DNA of 64,000 bases from Tubiluchus corallicola. Taxonomy: Eukaryota > Animalia > Priapulida. The position numbers and the translations under genes are program-made. The notes beneath the pieces were generated by a model. It was not told the DNA's origin. It saw nothing but the letters and a program-made list of their open reading frames with translations, and made no database searches. Numbering within the stretch: the stretch's first letter is position 1; the number at the start of each line of letters is the position of its first letter. The stretch spans positions 310,001-374,000 of the forward strand of contig JAQGDQ010000005.1 of assembly GCA_030141605.1 (NCBI GenBank), given 5' to 3'. This document shows positions 52,001 through 64,000 of the stretch, piece after piece.

Positions 52001-55000
52001 GGCAAAAGAACTGTACCCCCACTCTTGCAATTTGGTGTGTTCTTGTAAATACATACACTTGTACTCGCATCACACATATATACACACACAAGTAAACCCA
52101 GTGGGAGTATCAAGGTGCATTACGGTATTAAAATTAAATAGGGTTGAAAGTGAAGTACCGTATATACTCGCATATAAGCCTACATCGCATATAAGCCGAC
52201 CCCCTAAAACTGCTTTAAAATGGCCAGTTTTTGCAAAAACCCGTATATAAGCCGACCATCAACTTGTCTAATTTACTCCATCACTTTTAGCTTGAAGTCA
52301 GCAGTATAGGACATACGTTTTCTTTTTTCTCCAGGCATAGTGTATTGCACAAAGAATTTTACAACTAAAATTATCAAAATTCAGCACACTTTTAAATTCT
52401 GTGGCCGCGTGCTCACGTTTGCCTCAGTTTGCCTCATTGGTTTGCTGTTCCTCTATAAGCCACGTGACCCTCGTCTCCCCACGTGCTGCCTACCAATTGG
52501 CTGATGACGTCGGCTTCACCACTAGCTGTAGCTTGGTTACGGCTCGCAACTGGTGACACAGGTGTCTGTCCTTGTGTTCATTTTGTTTCATGCGCATATA
52601 AGCCGACCCCCTGATTTCAGTATTGTATTTTATAGTTCTAAATTCGGCTTATATGCGAGTATATACGGTACATCTTTGAAGTGACTATTTTTGAAATACA
52701 ATGTAGAAAATAGAATTACAATAGCACTTTTTAGAACTTCATTGATGAAAAATAAAATCCACTGACATAAATTTGAAATACATTGTAGAAAAATGAAATC
52801 CATCGTTTCTTTTGAAATACGTTGTAGAAAAATGAAATACACTGTCTATCTCAGTAAATTCACAGTGCATTTTTAAGAATACTGTGAAAATGGTGCAGAT
52901 TCAGCCTGCATTAAAACGAAATTACCACTGATATTTAAGACATAATTTAGCGAGTCAAAGTTTCCCAGTTTATGTAATAAAAAGTGTAGTTATCATCCTA
53001 TTTGTCTCCATATTTGGATCAGCATAAATGCCATCTGAGTAACATGTATAGTGAGAATTTTATATGAGAATAAGCTCCAAATTAACAATAATTATAGTCA
53101 ATTGAAACTGTTCTAGGTGAACAAGAAGAGGCACTGCTTTTGAACTCTTAAATGAGATATTAAGACAAAAAGTTGGAATCTTCATATTAGAATTTCGCTG
53201 ATTGTAATTTATTTGCGAGCTGCATTTTTTTAGATTTTTTTATTAAGTACCATTCTCAATTTAAAAGAAAAACTTAAGAGAAAAAACTTTAAAATTTGTC
53301 TTAACGTTGTGTTGTAAGGCCTCTGTGTTTTTTTTTGGTTTTACTCTGGTTAAGGTTTTAATATTATCTCCATTATTTAGCTCAATATTTTAAGGAGGAT
53401 TTTTCAAACTTTCCCATAAATATAATAGAAGGCTGCTGTACTGACCTATGGAATAGTATCACTGCGACACTCGTAGTAATTCACCACTCGCTTCTTTGGT
53501 ATACACTTTGATGTACAATTTCTCAACTTTGCACATCGGGAAAAACAGTGTAGAATTTTCAGTTGCTTTGGACAGCTCATATACGTTGGAATGCAACATT
53601 TAATGTGTATATTTGATTTGGCCCAGTCACGCACTGCTGCTATGTTATGTATACAAACACATTAGGCTCTACAACATAGGAAATTTAGATGTTAAATTGT
53701 GGAATGTAGCTGAGTATATAGGGCCACCAAATACAATCGATGTTAACATACGAGCAAACCTCCATTTTGGATCTTGTGCTGTTTTTTAAGTTTAGTAAGA
53801 TTATTTTAGTCAACAAAAGTAATATAATTTTCCATGTATTTTTTCATTTCTTCTATAATTAAGTGATGTTTATGTATAGTGAAAAACATATACAGTTTCT
53901 TCTTTTAGAAAATACTCGCTGGAAAAGCAGCGGTAAGCATTACCAACAGCGCAATATGAAGGTCATTATGCCGCCAAAGAAAATTGATGCAAGTCCTGAG
54001 AATGAAGAGGAAGAACTTCAAAAACTTATTCCACTAGAGGTGATCTTAATATTTGTGTCAAATTTTAATCTAATTTTGCTGTGTTTTCTATTTTTCAGTA
54101 CATTTGCTTTTGTGTAGCATCTACCCAGTTACATCATATACTTCTGTTTTTACAGCCTCTATTTTAAAGTTTTATCTATTCTGTAAAGACTATCAATAAA
54201 TTGTCTGTGACTTATAAGTCTGAGTAAGGATCATGTTTATTATTTTATATCAGTTGATAAGACAAATAAAATTTGTGTAGAATAAGGAGTCGAAAAGTTT
54301 CACTGAAAAGATTTAGGATTTTGTAATTGTATAAATTAAATTTTACTAAAAAAATTGAGTTTGTCTACATCATCATAGCTGCTGTCCAAATTAAGTCCAC
54401 GAATGATTCATCTTCTCAGCAGTTTCATTCTTTATAGTCACAGCAAGTAAATTTATCTTCAGATTATTTATCATGATTTACTATTATATAGAAAATCCTC
54501 GCTTATTGATAGCCGTTTAGTGATGTTTTGTTTTAATAACACAAATACAAGTGAATGGCTATAGAGATGATGTAAAAAAATTTTGATCATAATCTTTCGA
54601 TTTTATCGTGACTTCAATTGCTGGAGTCATTATCATATGTAAAGAACTTTTTTAAAAAATCATAACTTAGAATATAGTATAAAAGTTTATCGTGAAGGTA
54701 ACTAGATATTAAAAAGAAGAAGCGAATAGAATTTAAAAAATATAAAAATTAAAATGAATAAATTAAAGTTAAAAACTATCAAAAAAACATGAAAAAATAA
54801 TAATATTACCTGAAACTGTTTCGATAAATTGTTAGATCAAAAATCATTATAAAAATTGCTATAATAAATGGTATGTATTATTCCAGCCTTTAGCAAATTT
54901 AAAACTGATTTGATTGTTTAGACTGCTTATAAGACGTTCATCACTGCTATAAAATTTATTAAAACATACTTTGCCAAGTTTTTAACTATATTTATGGATC

Positions 55001-58000
55001 ACCTTTTAAACCTTCAGATTTCAAATAATAATATACTTTATTAGACATTTCCGAAAGAAATGCTATGTAAACTGAAGTAGCTGCAGATTGCAGAGCTTTA
55101 CACACCCATAAGTAGTATGTAGTAAAACTTACTGTAAAAAGTCACTATTATAGCCATTATTAGAAAAGATAGTCTGTAGTTTACTAATTTAACTTTCAAT
55201 GTTGGAATTATCACAATTTCGTAATGCTGTTATTTTCATGCCATGAACAATCTGTCTCAGCAAATCTTTTGCTACTTGGGACCTTAGGTGGATGTAGCAA
55301 TTATTGCTATGAGTTGGCTTTCAAAAAACAGACAAAACAAGACCATTTTCAGATTAGCTAATAAGAATGTATAAACACTCCATTACCCCCATTTAAATGT
55401 ATACTTGACAAACATCAGAAACTTTGGTAGTAAGACCACACGCAGCTCGTTTGTCAGATAAGAACCTATCTGACATAGTATTTCATAACTGTAATAAGTA
55501 ACTTGATTTGCTGTAGAATGTAATTAATACTGCTGATTAGTACAACTCTGTAATGTCATTTTCATGTTATGGATACTTAATATATTGCCACTGCAAAGTT
55601 GCTATTAAAATATAAAACCATTTGTAAAATAAATTGTGCTGCACGGATAGTCTAATGTACAGCAAAATTTAAAATGTCAATATTACTTAATAAATTTACT
55701 ACCATAATAAACAAAATAACATCAGAATTAACAAGAATGGTTTATTATTATTAAACAGGAATTTGAGAATTAATTAAATCTTGGATTACTTTGACTTGAA
55801 ACTCTACTCAAAGTTGAACATGACCACAGGAACGTAACTTGGGACCGACTTGCAGTCTCAGACATTAATAAAATGACTCAACACTTGTCTCGGACTTGGG
55901 CCACAGTGACTTGAGACTTGAGTTGGCCTTGAACCCGAATGACTTGGGACTCGACTTGGACTTGAGCTGAAAGGCTTGACTACGACACTGTTTGAACAAG
56001 CTATTTACATTCTTGCTAATAGCGATTTTACTCTAAACAATCAAAATAATTTAATTTTTTGGCTAAAGGCTGGAATACCATTCAGCGACCTGTATAACTG
56101 AGATTTTGCTGCAGTTGTTTCAGATATTATTACTATTATTATTATATGCTATGTTTCTTATAGTTTTTACTTTAATTCGTTCATTTAAATTTTTTAAAGT
56201 TTTAATTCTGATAGCATGTGATTGCCCTTATATTTGGTTTTTTCATTTCAATACTTTCTGTCGCATGTCATTATCACTTTTTATATTCTAAATTATGTAG
56301 GCCCTATTATGTTTTTTTTAATAGCTCCATACGTCTGATGATGACATCCGCAAAGGGAATCGAAATGTTAAGGTTAAAAATTTTTTAAATCATCATTTCT
56401 TAATGCTTTTGATCTGCGAAACCATGGAGCCATTCTTTGCAGACTTTATCGACTAGCACTGTGACATTCTCATTGCTGATTAAAAAAAAACAAATTTGTT
56501 TTAAGTTTGACAAAAGTGTAGCCATCTTTCAGTACTGGTTATTTTCATAATTTTCCCACTTTTTTGGATAAACTTCTTTCATTTCATTTCTTCCTGTTTT
56601 TGGCACCCTAGATTTCACTCATTAGGTTCGTGCATTAATTTCGGTTCTTTCATTTTGTTCATTATCTTCTATCAAAATCTTAACTCTCATAAAATCTGTG
56701 CTGAAATTTTAACAACTGGAATGTAATGTTAGTGAGAATGTTACGAGAGTATAATGCTAGTAAGGCAAGTAAATGTCCAGCATTGTTGCACTGACATGTG
56801 TTGTTGTTATTAAATAGTCATTGTTGGATGCCAAAACTCAAAAAGAACATTCAGAAAGCAGTGATTTGCAAACAGAAGATCAGTCGCTATCACAAACCAA
56901 ACTGATTGGTGGCAGAACATTACGAAAGAGGAAGAGACCCTTGACTTCTTCAGTTACAGAAAATGAATCACGTGAAGTTGAAGCCCAAACCACACAACAG
57001 AATAAAGAAATCAGAAACAAAGTTAAATCTAACAAGACAGGTAAGTGAAAATGCTGTTGAAAGGTGCATGTGCAAGCCTGTATCAGTTGTCACTTTTACC
57101 AAGCTTATCTTAAATGTTACCATATTAACAAGAACATCTTTCAGTTTTTTTCAACTTTTGCCAAAAAAGATTTTTGGTTAAAGGGTGCTGATTAATAGAA
57201 ATAAGCATTCTGCTCTTGTGTTCCTTTAGAAAACTGATATTCTAAGGAGGGCTGTTTTGGGACAGTTTTAATTTCTAAGTAGCCAAAAAGGCTGAAGAGG
57301 CTCCACTGGGCTTTACTTTTGCTTTTAGCTGGACTTAGAAAATCACCTGATTGTAGCATGTTTCTGCTACATCGTTGCTGAAAGTTACGTGTCTTTCTTA
57401 TTCAGCCACTGACTAGAGCTGGAGATACAAGTCTGTAATGCTGAATTATATAAAGAAAGTGTAATGCAGAATTGCTTGGAAAATGCAGAATATGCTTTAA
57501 GTTCTACGTATGGTTCCAGACATCCAGTTAACATTTTTTACTCACTGTTCTTGCTTTCAGAAGGTACGTCTAACAATGGAAAAAGCAACATACTGAAAAC
57601 GGTGAATGTACTTGCTATATTGGACACAGAGCTTGAAGGTAATAGTAACGGAGAAATTAAAGAAGAATCTACTGTTACTGATGTGGAAAAAAGTAGTGAC
57701 ATAGGTAAGTTTGGAAAAGTAATCTGCTGTACATTGATGTTTTGCGTTGTGATTTGCCTTTAATCACTTTTAAGTCCTTCATCATATTTTTGTGCATTTT
57801 CGTGAATTTCATGAGCTTTCCAAGAAACATAGTGACATGAAACACTATATAAAAAAATGAAAAAGTAACAGGACAAAAAGTAACATAAAACATTAAATAT
57901 AATTGTCATGTAACCTGCGAAAAGCTGAAAATAGCTGCAACTGTTGGGGAGAAAGTGATCTATATAGTTAAGTAGCCATGTTGATGTTGCTTAATTAAAG

Positions 58001-60790
58001 TTAAGCAATGTCTCACATGATGAGTAATTGAATCGGTGACCATTAATAAACTGATTCTGTGTGGTAGCATATGCTGTACTGTCCGGATTCTTTTTCCTCA
58101 TTGGGGGAAAATATACATTTTAAATACATCATAACTTGGCTAAGACATTCCTACTAGAGTTTTGTCTTATCTCAGAGGATTAACATTCATAACAAGCAAA
58201 ATTCTGGTCCTGCCACAGTCATGAACATTAGCAGGGTCTTTCATTTGTGCTGAAAAGCTGAACTAAAGCTGAATCTGTAAATCACCTTATTTCTTAAGCA
58301 GTTCTAAAAAACAATTGGCTATACAGTTTTCAAATTATTCAGATTTCCAGATTCTTTTTATTTCTTAATGGGATATTTTTATACAGTTTGGCACGCTGCG
58401 AACTGAAGTCCAACATTCAAAGGCAGTACCTACTCAACAAGATGTTTGTGATGTGTGACATATGACAAACCAAATTTTAGCTGCTAAGTAATTAGTCCCT
58501 TGCTGCTTTCTGTGATGTGCCTTAAATTATTTAGGTACCTCGTATGGTAATAATCTTTCCATTAAGAGGACAATGATTTATTGAAGGTACGCACGTTTGC
58601 TGTTTGGCTAACTTTTGTTGGCCTGAGCAAAACAATAAATTAAACTTTGATTTACAAGACAAAACTTGTGAGTTGTGAATCATAACATTCACCGAATGAA
58701 ATATGTTGCATAAAACTCAACATTACACAAATTCATTTTGCTGTTTCTTTCTTAGATCCATCAGAAACACCAGTGGCATTTTCAGTGATTGCTGATTCAG
58801 AAATTTTTACTTGGAAACAACAAACAAAAGACTATGAGGAAAGCACTCCATTTAAATTCTTCTGCAAAAGCTGTTCATTCAAAACAAAGCGAGAGAGTCA
58901 CTTCGTGAAGCACATGTTAATACATGAGAAAAGGGGAAAATTACACAAATGTGCTTTGTGTGACTTTAGTACGCTCAAGCTAAGTCATCTTCGACGTCAT
59001 GAGCTGGCACATTCTAAAATTGTTTTCAGTTGCAAACAGTGTACTTATAAAACAGATGATAAAAAATTGCTTTCTCGACATGTTAAGTTTCGTCACAAAA
59101 AGAAAGAAGAAGACGTTAGTGTAACTGAATTAAAAAAACTACTGTGCTCTCAGTGTACATATGCAACATTCAGACCGTATCTGTTTCAGAGACATATGCG
59201 TGTCCATGCTAATGGTGGTAAAAGTAAAATGTTTGAGTGTCGTTTGTGTCCTTACAAAACCTCTCGTAAGGAGCACTATACTCGCCATGTAAACAATGTG
59301 CACACAAGCCGTCGCCCATTTCTTTGTGATTTATGTGGCAAAGCCTTCAAGAGGGGAGATGCCTTGAGACAACACAAGGACACACATTCAGAAAGGGAGC
59401 ATCCTTTTCGCTGCGATAGATGCAGTAAAGGATTTAGATCGCACGCTCATCTCATTGAGCATCAAGCGTCTCATTCTGACTTGCGTTCATTTCTGTGCGA
59501 ATTATGCGGAGCCTCGTTTAAAACCAGATCGTGTCAGCGCAAGCATGTTTTGACAATACATATGAATCCACGTGCACATCAATGTGATCAATGTGAAAAG
59601 CGTTTTAATACAAACTACGCACTCCGGCGACATATGAAGTTGCACTTTATAGAGACTATGAAGACTGAGAACAAACTACAAGATGGAGAAATTATCATAC
59701 AGTGTTCTGATAACCTTATTCCTGCTCAGGTATATGCACAACCTTTCAAAAACCAAATTATATAGATTACCACTTTTTGGTGTGTAAAATGTGGCATGAA
59801 ATCTAGTTTTATTAGTTTTAATTAAACGGTAGTCCTGTTTTTCCTTTCATTTTGTGATTTACTTTTGTATGCAACACAATTTCAGGGCAAACTTAGTGAG
59901 AGGAGACAATTTTCTATTATTTGCAAAATTGCCTATACTTTGTTATTACTTACAAAATGTGCAGCCTATTCCTTTTTGTACTGATCAGCTTGAAATGCTT
60001 TACTGATTTACACAACTAATAGACGAATTTGGTACATACATGCTGTGGTAAAAATAGAGTACACTGCAGTATAATACTGTTTTCTCTCTAGTTTGCAGAG
60101 TCTGAAATCTCATTTCAGTTTTTGGTTGGTAACAATGGAAATTAGAAGCAGAAACAGACTTTGATAATGTTTACATACATAATGGATGTCTGTTTTTAAT
60201 ATTAACACACTTCATTTCATTCTTGTGTAAAGCGTTGTTACATTGTTTTCAAAATTACTTTTGTTGTACTAGCTTGTAATTTTAACGGCTGCAGTCGTGC
60301 GAGACAAAAAATACCTTGTAAATAGTTCATGTCTAGAACCTCTGTTACATTTCATATTTCGTTTATATTATTTTGACATGTAAATATAATTATGGTTGTT
60401 CTTTTTGCAGCTAGGAGAACCCCATGTGCAAATTATACAGAATGTGCTACCTCAAGAACAAGAGTCTATTCTTCAGTCACAGGTAGTTTTTTTAGTCTCG
60501 ATTTTTTTTTGTGCTGTGACATTTCTGCATGCCTTTTCTTTACTCAAGTGTAAATACTCTGCAGTATTTATCATCATCAAAATTGTCATCTTGCTTATTA
60601 CAAAGAAACTTTTGATATCTTTCAGATTCAAATGGCAAGTGTATCACAAGGTGGAGATTCTCAATCACAGTATTTACAATCAGAAGATGGCACGACATTA
60701 GTTTATTTAACTAGTAATTTCAATCAGTATCAGATTCAGCAAACACCAGATGACAGTAATGCCAGCAATGGTGGGCAGAAGTTTATTTAA
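49002..60790 (+). CDS. C2H2 zinc finger protein, about 938 aa, 13 coding exons, 9 fingers, with a KH-like domain
   Basis: Exons 49002-49258, 49554-49783, 49999-50144, 50391-50540, 50697-50795, 51095-51272, 53909-54039, 56325-56372, 56818-57040, 57561-57704, 58756-59729, 60411-60482, 60626-60790 join in frame (2817 nt) with matching phases. Nine C-x2-C...H-x3-4-H fingers lie in the 974-nt exon. NLS-like RTLRKRKR. PolyA signals near 60956 and 61005. A non-coding first exon probably lies near 46500-46780. Confidence 0.85.
51381..52845. mobile_element. Foldback-like element with inverted arms built from a roughly 38-40 bp tandem unit
   Basis: 51381-51600 (unit GGATTTCATTTTTCTACAATGTATTTCAAAA...) is colinear with the reverse complement of 52672-52845. 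The ORF track shows the same spurious peptide MDFIF.QCIS.LCQ on opposite strands. Confidence 0.65.
52158..52668. mobile_element. Young Tc2-like (Tc1/mariner superfamily) MITE
   Basis: Perfect 23-bp TIR CCGTATATACTCGCATATAAGCC at both ends, TA duplication at 52156-52157 and 52669-52670, and internal ATATAAGCCGAC subterminal repeats. Confidence 0.88.
55780..55990. mobile_element. hAT-like MITE end with GACTTG subterminal repeats
   Basis: Multiple GACTTG/GACTC units ending in GACTACGACACTG (a CAGTG-type terminus on the minus strand). I did not locate the other end. Confidence 0.45.
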
Positions 60791-61049
60791 AACCGTCTAG
60801 TCTTGTTGCCTTATTATTAACTTGATGTTATTGGTGAAACTTTTGCATGTATGTTTCCATCAAGACTGCTAAATTTAGGTTTTGGTTTCCTAATGCCCGT
60901 TTTATATGCTCATATACAATTAACAATTACTTTAAATTTCATAAGCTGTGCAGTAAATAATAAACTGAGATAACTTCATACTATTATAAGTGTAAAATTA
61001 AGCTAATAAATGGTTTTTTTGATGAAAAATGTTTTGTTAACCATGAACA

Positions 61050-64000
61050 ACTTTTCACTAACTAAGAAAAATACAAAAAAATCACACGAATTTTCTTTGA
61101 AATTTTAATCATCCTCAAATCTATATCAACAAAAAACAGTTGCATAATGGTGAAGGACCTGAACCAAAATGATGCAATTACAAATTCCCATAATTCATCA
61201 ACACGCACAATGATTGTGTTTAACCCAGGTGAAAATCATGTATGCTATATGACTGACGCAAATGAAATACGTATAAACGATTTAAACATTCAAAATGAAA
61301 CAATTTTGTTTGCAAGAAACTCAACAATTTCAATACATATCATTTCAGCATCAAACAACAAAATTTTCTGTTTATCACTGCGATTTTTAAACATCTCGCA
61401 TGAGATTCTATAAAGTAAATTACCTTATTCTTTTACAATTGGATTACAAACAGAGTTCATGTTTGCATTATAATAAACTTTTATCATACAGATTCTATAA
61501 CACAACTAAAATAAATTAGACCAAACATAAATTATAGTGCTATGTGATCTTCACACAATTAAATACTCCATTAGCAACTGGTAACAGTAACATAAACAGG
61601 AACAAATGAACTTTATGCCGGGAGAACTATGCAAGCCAAAATGTAAAAACAATTACATAGCAGCTCCATTACGAGTAGTAGCTTCAGGTCTTAAACCATG
61701 GAAGGTAGAAACGAGGCCAGTCACTATAGAAAACGGTCCTGCATAAACTTCAAACTTGCTTAGGTTTTTCCACATGCTATGCAAACTAGAAAGTACTACT
61801 ATACTTTCAAAAACCTAGAGAAGCGGATGCCTTCTGATTTAGTTTGCATGCTCTAAACAAATGCTATGCTTATTAAAGGCACTGAAATAGCATCAGTATT
61901 CAGGGACACGTCTCCATTTAGTCAACACCAATGTTGACGCAAAAGTAAATCCATTACCTAGAATTTTGCTTTATATTTAAAGCAGCAGCGTTCAACACTG
62001 TAAATCGGTCAACCTATTTAAAAGGCTCATCAACAAACAGGTGCTAGTGCCGCATGACAGGCATCAAATACGGGTGAGTTAAAGCCGTTTGGCTTTGACA
62101 CCTGCATGCGTACAGTAACACCACAATAAGCATAAATGATCTAATCTACACTACCCACTAGTGGTTATACAGATAAAGTGTATTTTACAAATTAGCCACA
62201 AGCATAAGAGAGAGATGTCACCCAACACAAAGTGGTGCCTCATAATAAATATCAAGCATCACTTTTGGAATCATACAGAAATGGTCTTTTATGTACAAGT
62301 ACACAGTTTATCACATTGCACAGCTAGTAACACAATGTCCTCTAACCATGGTTATATTATTATCAATAGGATACCTAAAACAATATTTACAGTTTCTTAG
62401 GACTTTTCAAACTTGTACAAAAATAAGATTTATCGCGGTTAACAATACCAAATGGACCATTACATAAACATCTGTATATGTCCATAGAAAATTATGACAT
62501 AAAAGTTGATATTGTATGGATTGGCTATTAAGATAGATACAAGTTGGGATAAATAGCAGCGTATTTACAAACGGTAGAAAATAAATGAATAACGAGCAAT
62601 ACTATGTAACTGATTAAAAACACTGATATTAAAAACCAGCCAGCCTCTCGCTGTATCACAATTTAAATAATAGAAACTTAACTTACCATAAAACCGAATA
62701 ATAGTAGGTTGATTAAATGATGGATAATAACACACATCAATTAGGCCTATTTATAAATAGTTTAAAACAGTTGGTACACCATTGCACATGCGAATATAGA
62801 ACAAAAGATTTAAGAAAATGTTTGTTTAACTCAAATAGTAGTAATGCAAAGCAAATCCAATGCTACCATTTATAAAGATTTTTTTCTAAATAGTGTGCAT
62901 AATTCATAAACATCTAGAGCAGCTCAACTGCAACAGTGGATATTAACTAGGTATTATACAAATCTTTGAACTCGTACACCTTTGTCAAAAACTTCAAACA
63001 TTCCCTGACAATACTGGTGCGTATACCTGTACAATCTAGATCAGTAGGATAACAAGCTAAGATATTATATAGTGTATCCACAAAAACCATAAAACTACAA
63101 TTCTGTAGTATACAACAAACCAGGTAGACATGCTTTCATATGCTTGTGGCTCACATACAAAGTGCAAAAGACATCACAAAAATCTGCTTCTATAAAAGTT
63201 CTACACTAATCCGTGGCTGTTGAACTCACACAACAAGCACATGGATGCTCTACATTAAAAAAATTTTCATGTTTTTTTGAAAGTTATTGTTTTTCCATTA
63301 CAACTACAGCACAAGACACCACCATGATCAATATTCTTCCATTCGTGGAAGACTGGAATGCTGTAAGCTATCTGTCATACAGTAAATATAACAACTACCA
63401 CTTACAGATGACACGCCACAACATTCATAAGTGCACCACTATGAATGCTAGTGCACCAGACTAACTATACCTACTAGAACTACATAGAGAAAGCATGTGA
63501 AACACTCCAGGGAAACATTACATTTGCAAATTTATCCAAACATTGAAAGCACATGAAAAGACAAGGCTTGTTATGACAGGCTGACCAGAAAGGTCTGGCA
63601 ATATATAGCCGGCTGTATGTAACAGCATTTCGTGTCAACCAAGCCACACTAATTGACTAACTACAACATTTAAATCTTGTCATCATTAAAAGTCTACAAT
63701 CAACTTTCGATCAGTGATCATAACAAATTTCTTTCATTGGTCACTGCATTTTACACATGATGGAAATCTCTTTAATACGAGATTTTTCGCTCACCATTAA
63801 ACTTGTATAAATTAAATCATCCTAAATTAGCTTTAAACCTTCATTAAATAGTGCAAAATGCCATTCTTTCATTAGCAGAATCATATTCAGGCATCATGAT
63901 ATTATTTATTTCTTTGGACATTTCCATGTCTGTACATATAAAATACTCATTGTAGCACAAGTGGCATGGCAAAATAAAACTCATGTATTTCAGCCAGTAT
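61050..64000 (-). other. Probable long 3' UTR of a convergent minus-strand gene whose CDS is outside the window
   Basis: Persistent A/C skew on the + strand (U/G-rich on minus), mirroring the other 3' UTRs here. No exons or recognisable TEs. ATTAAA on the minus strand near 61104. Confidence 0.4.

Noticed and set aside
56335-56368. CTGATGA...GAAA hammerhead-like core
   Set aside because: Extra base after the core, mismatched stem II, no stem I, and it is explained as a coding exon (SDDDIRKGNRN).
62054-62100. SECIS-like ATGAC...TGAC arrangement on the + strand
   Set aside because: The AAA is misplaced relative to helix II, it lies beyond the zinc-finger gene polyA signals, that gene has no in-frame TGA, and the minus-strand fold is better.
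1-64000. Prokaryotic-type systems (CRISPR arrays, operons, defence islands) and most 60-100 aa ORFs in the track
   Set aside because: The sequence is spliceosomal-intron-containing animal DNA with no repeat-spacer arrays. The short ORFs are exon read-throughs or random open frames in AT-rich DNA.

Overview
AT-rich (roughly one-third GC by eye) metazoan genomic DNA from an intron-rich invertebrate, probably a spiralian (inferred from protein similarity only). I could assemble five complete genes by hand from splice sites and reading-frame phases: a sorcin/grancalcin-like penta-EF-hand gene (+, containing a U12-type intron), NSUN6 (-), an hnRNP K gene with an intronless CDS (-), a TARBP2/PACT/Loqs gene (+) and a 9-finger C2H2 gene with a cryptic KH-like domain (+). 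The first coding exon of GCN5/PCAF (KAT2, -) lies at the left edge and is missing from the ORF track. The right edge looks like the long 3' UTR of a convergent gene. Introns and intergenic DNA hold many non-autonomous DNA transposons (a three-level nested insertion, two Kolobok-like copies, an hAT-like MITE at the predicted hnRNP K start site, a Tc2-like MITE inside a foldback-like element) and decayed CR1- and RTE-like LINEs. I found no unambiguous new multi-gene system. The best leads are the KH-like/C2H2 protein, the intronless GAR-expanded hnRNP K with no miR-7, a uORF ending in three stop codons upstream of TARBP2, and a strand-specific hairpin near 62 kb. No database searches were run; all family calls come from recognised motifs.
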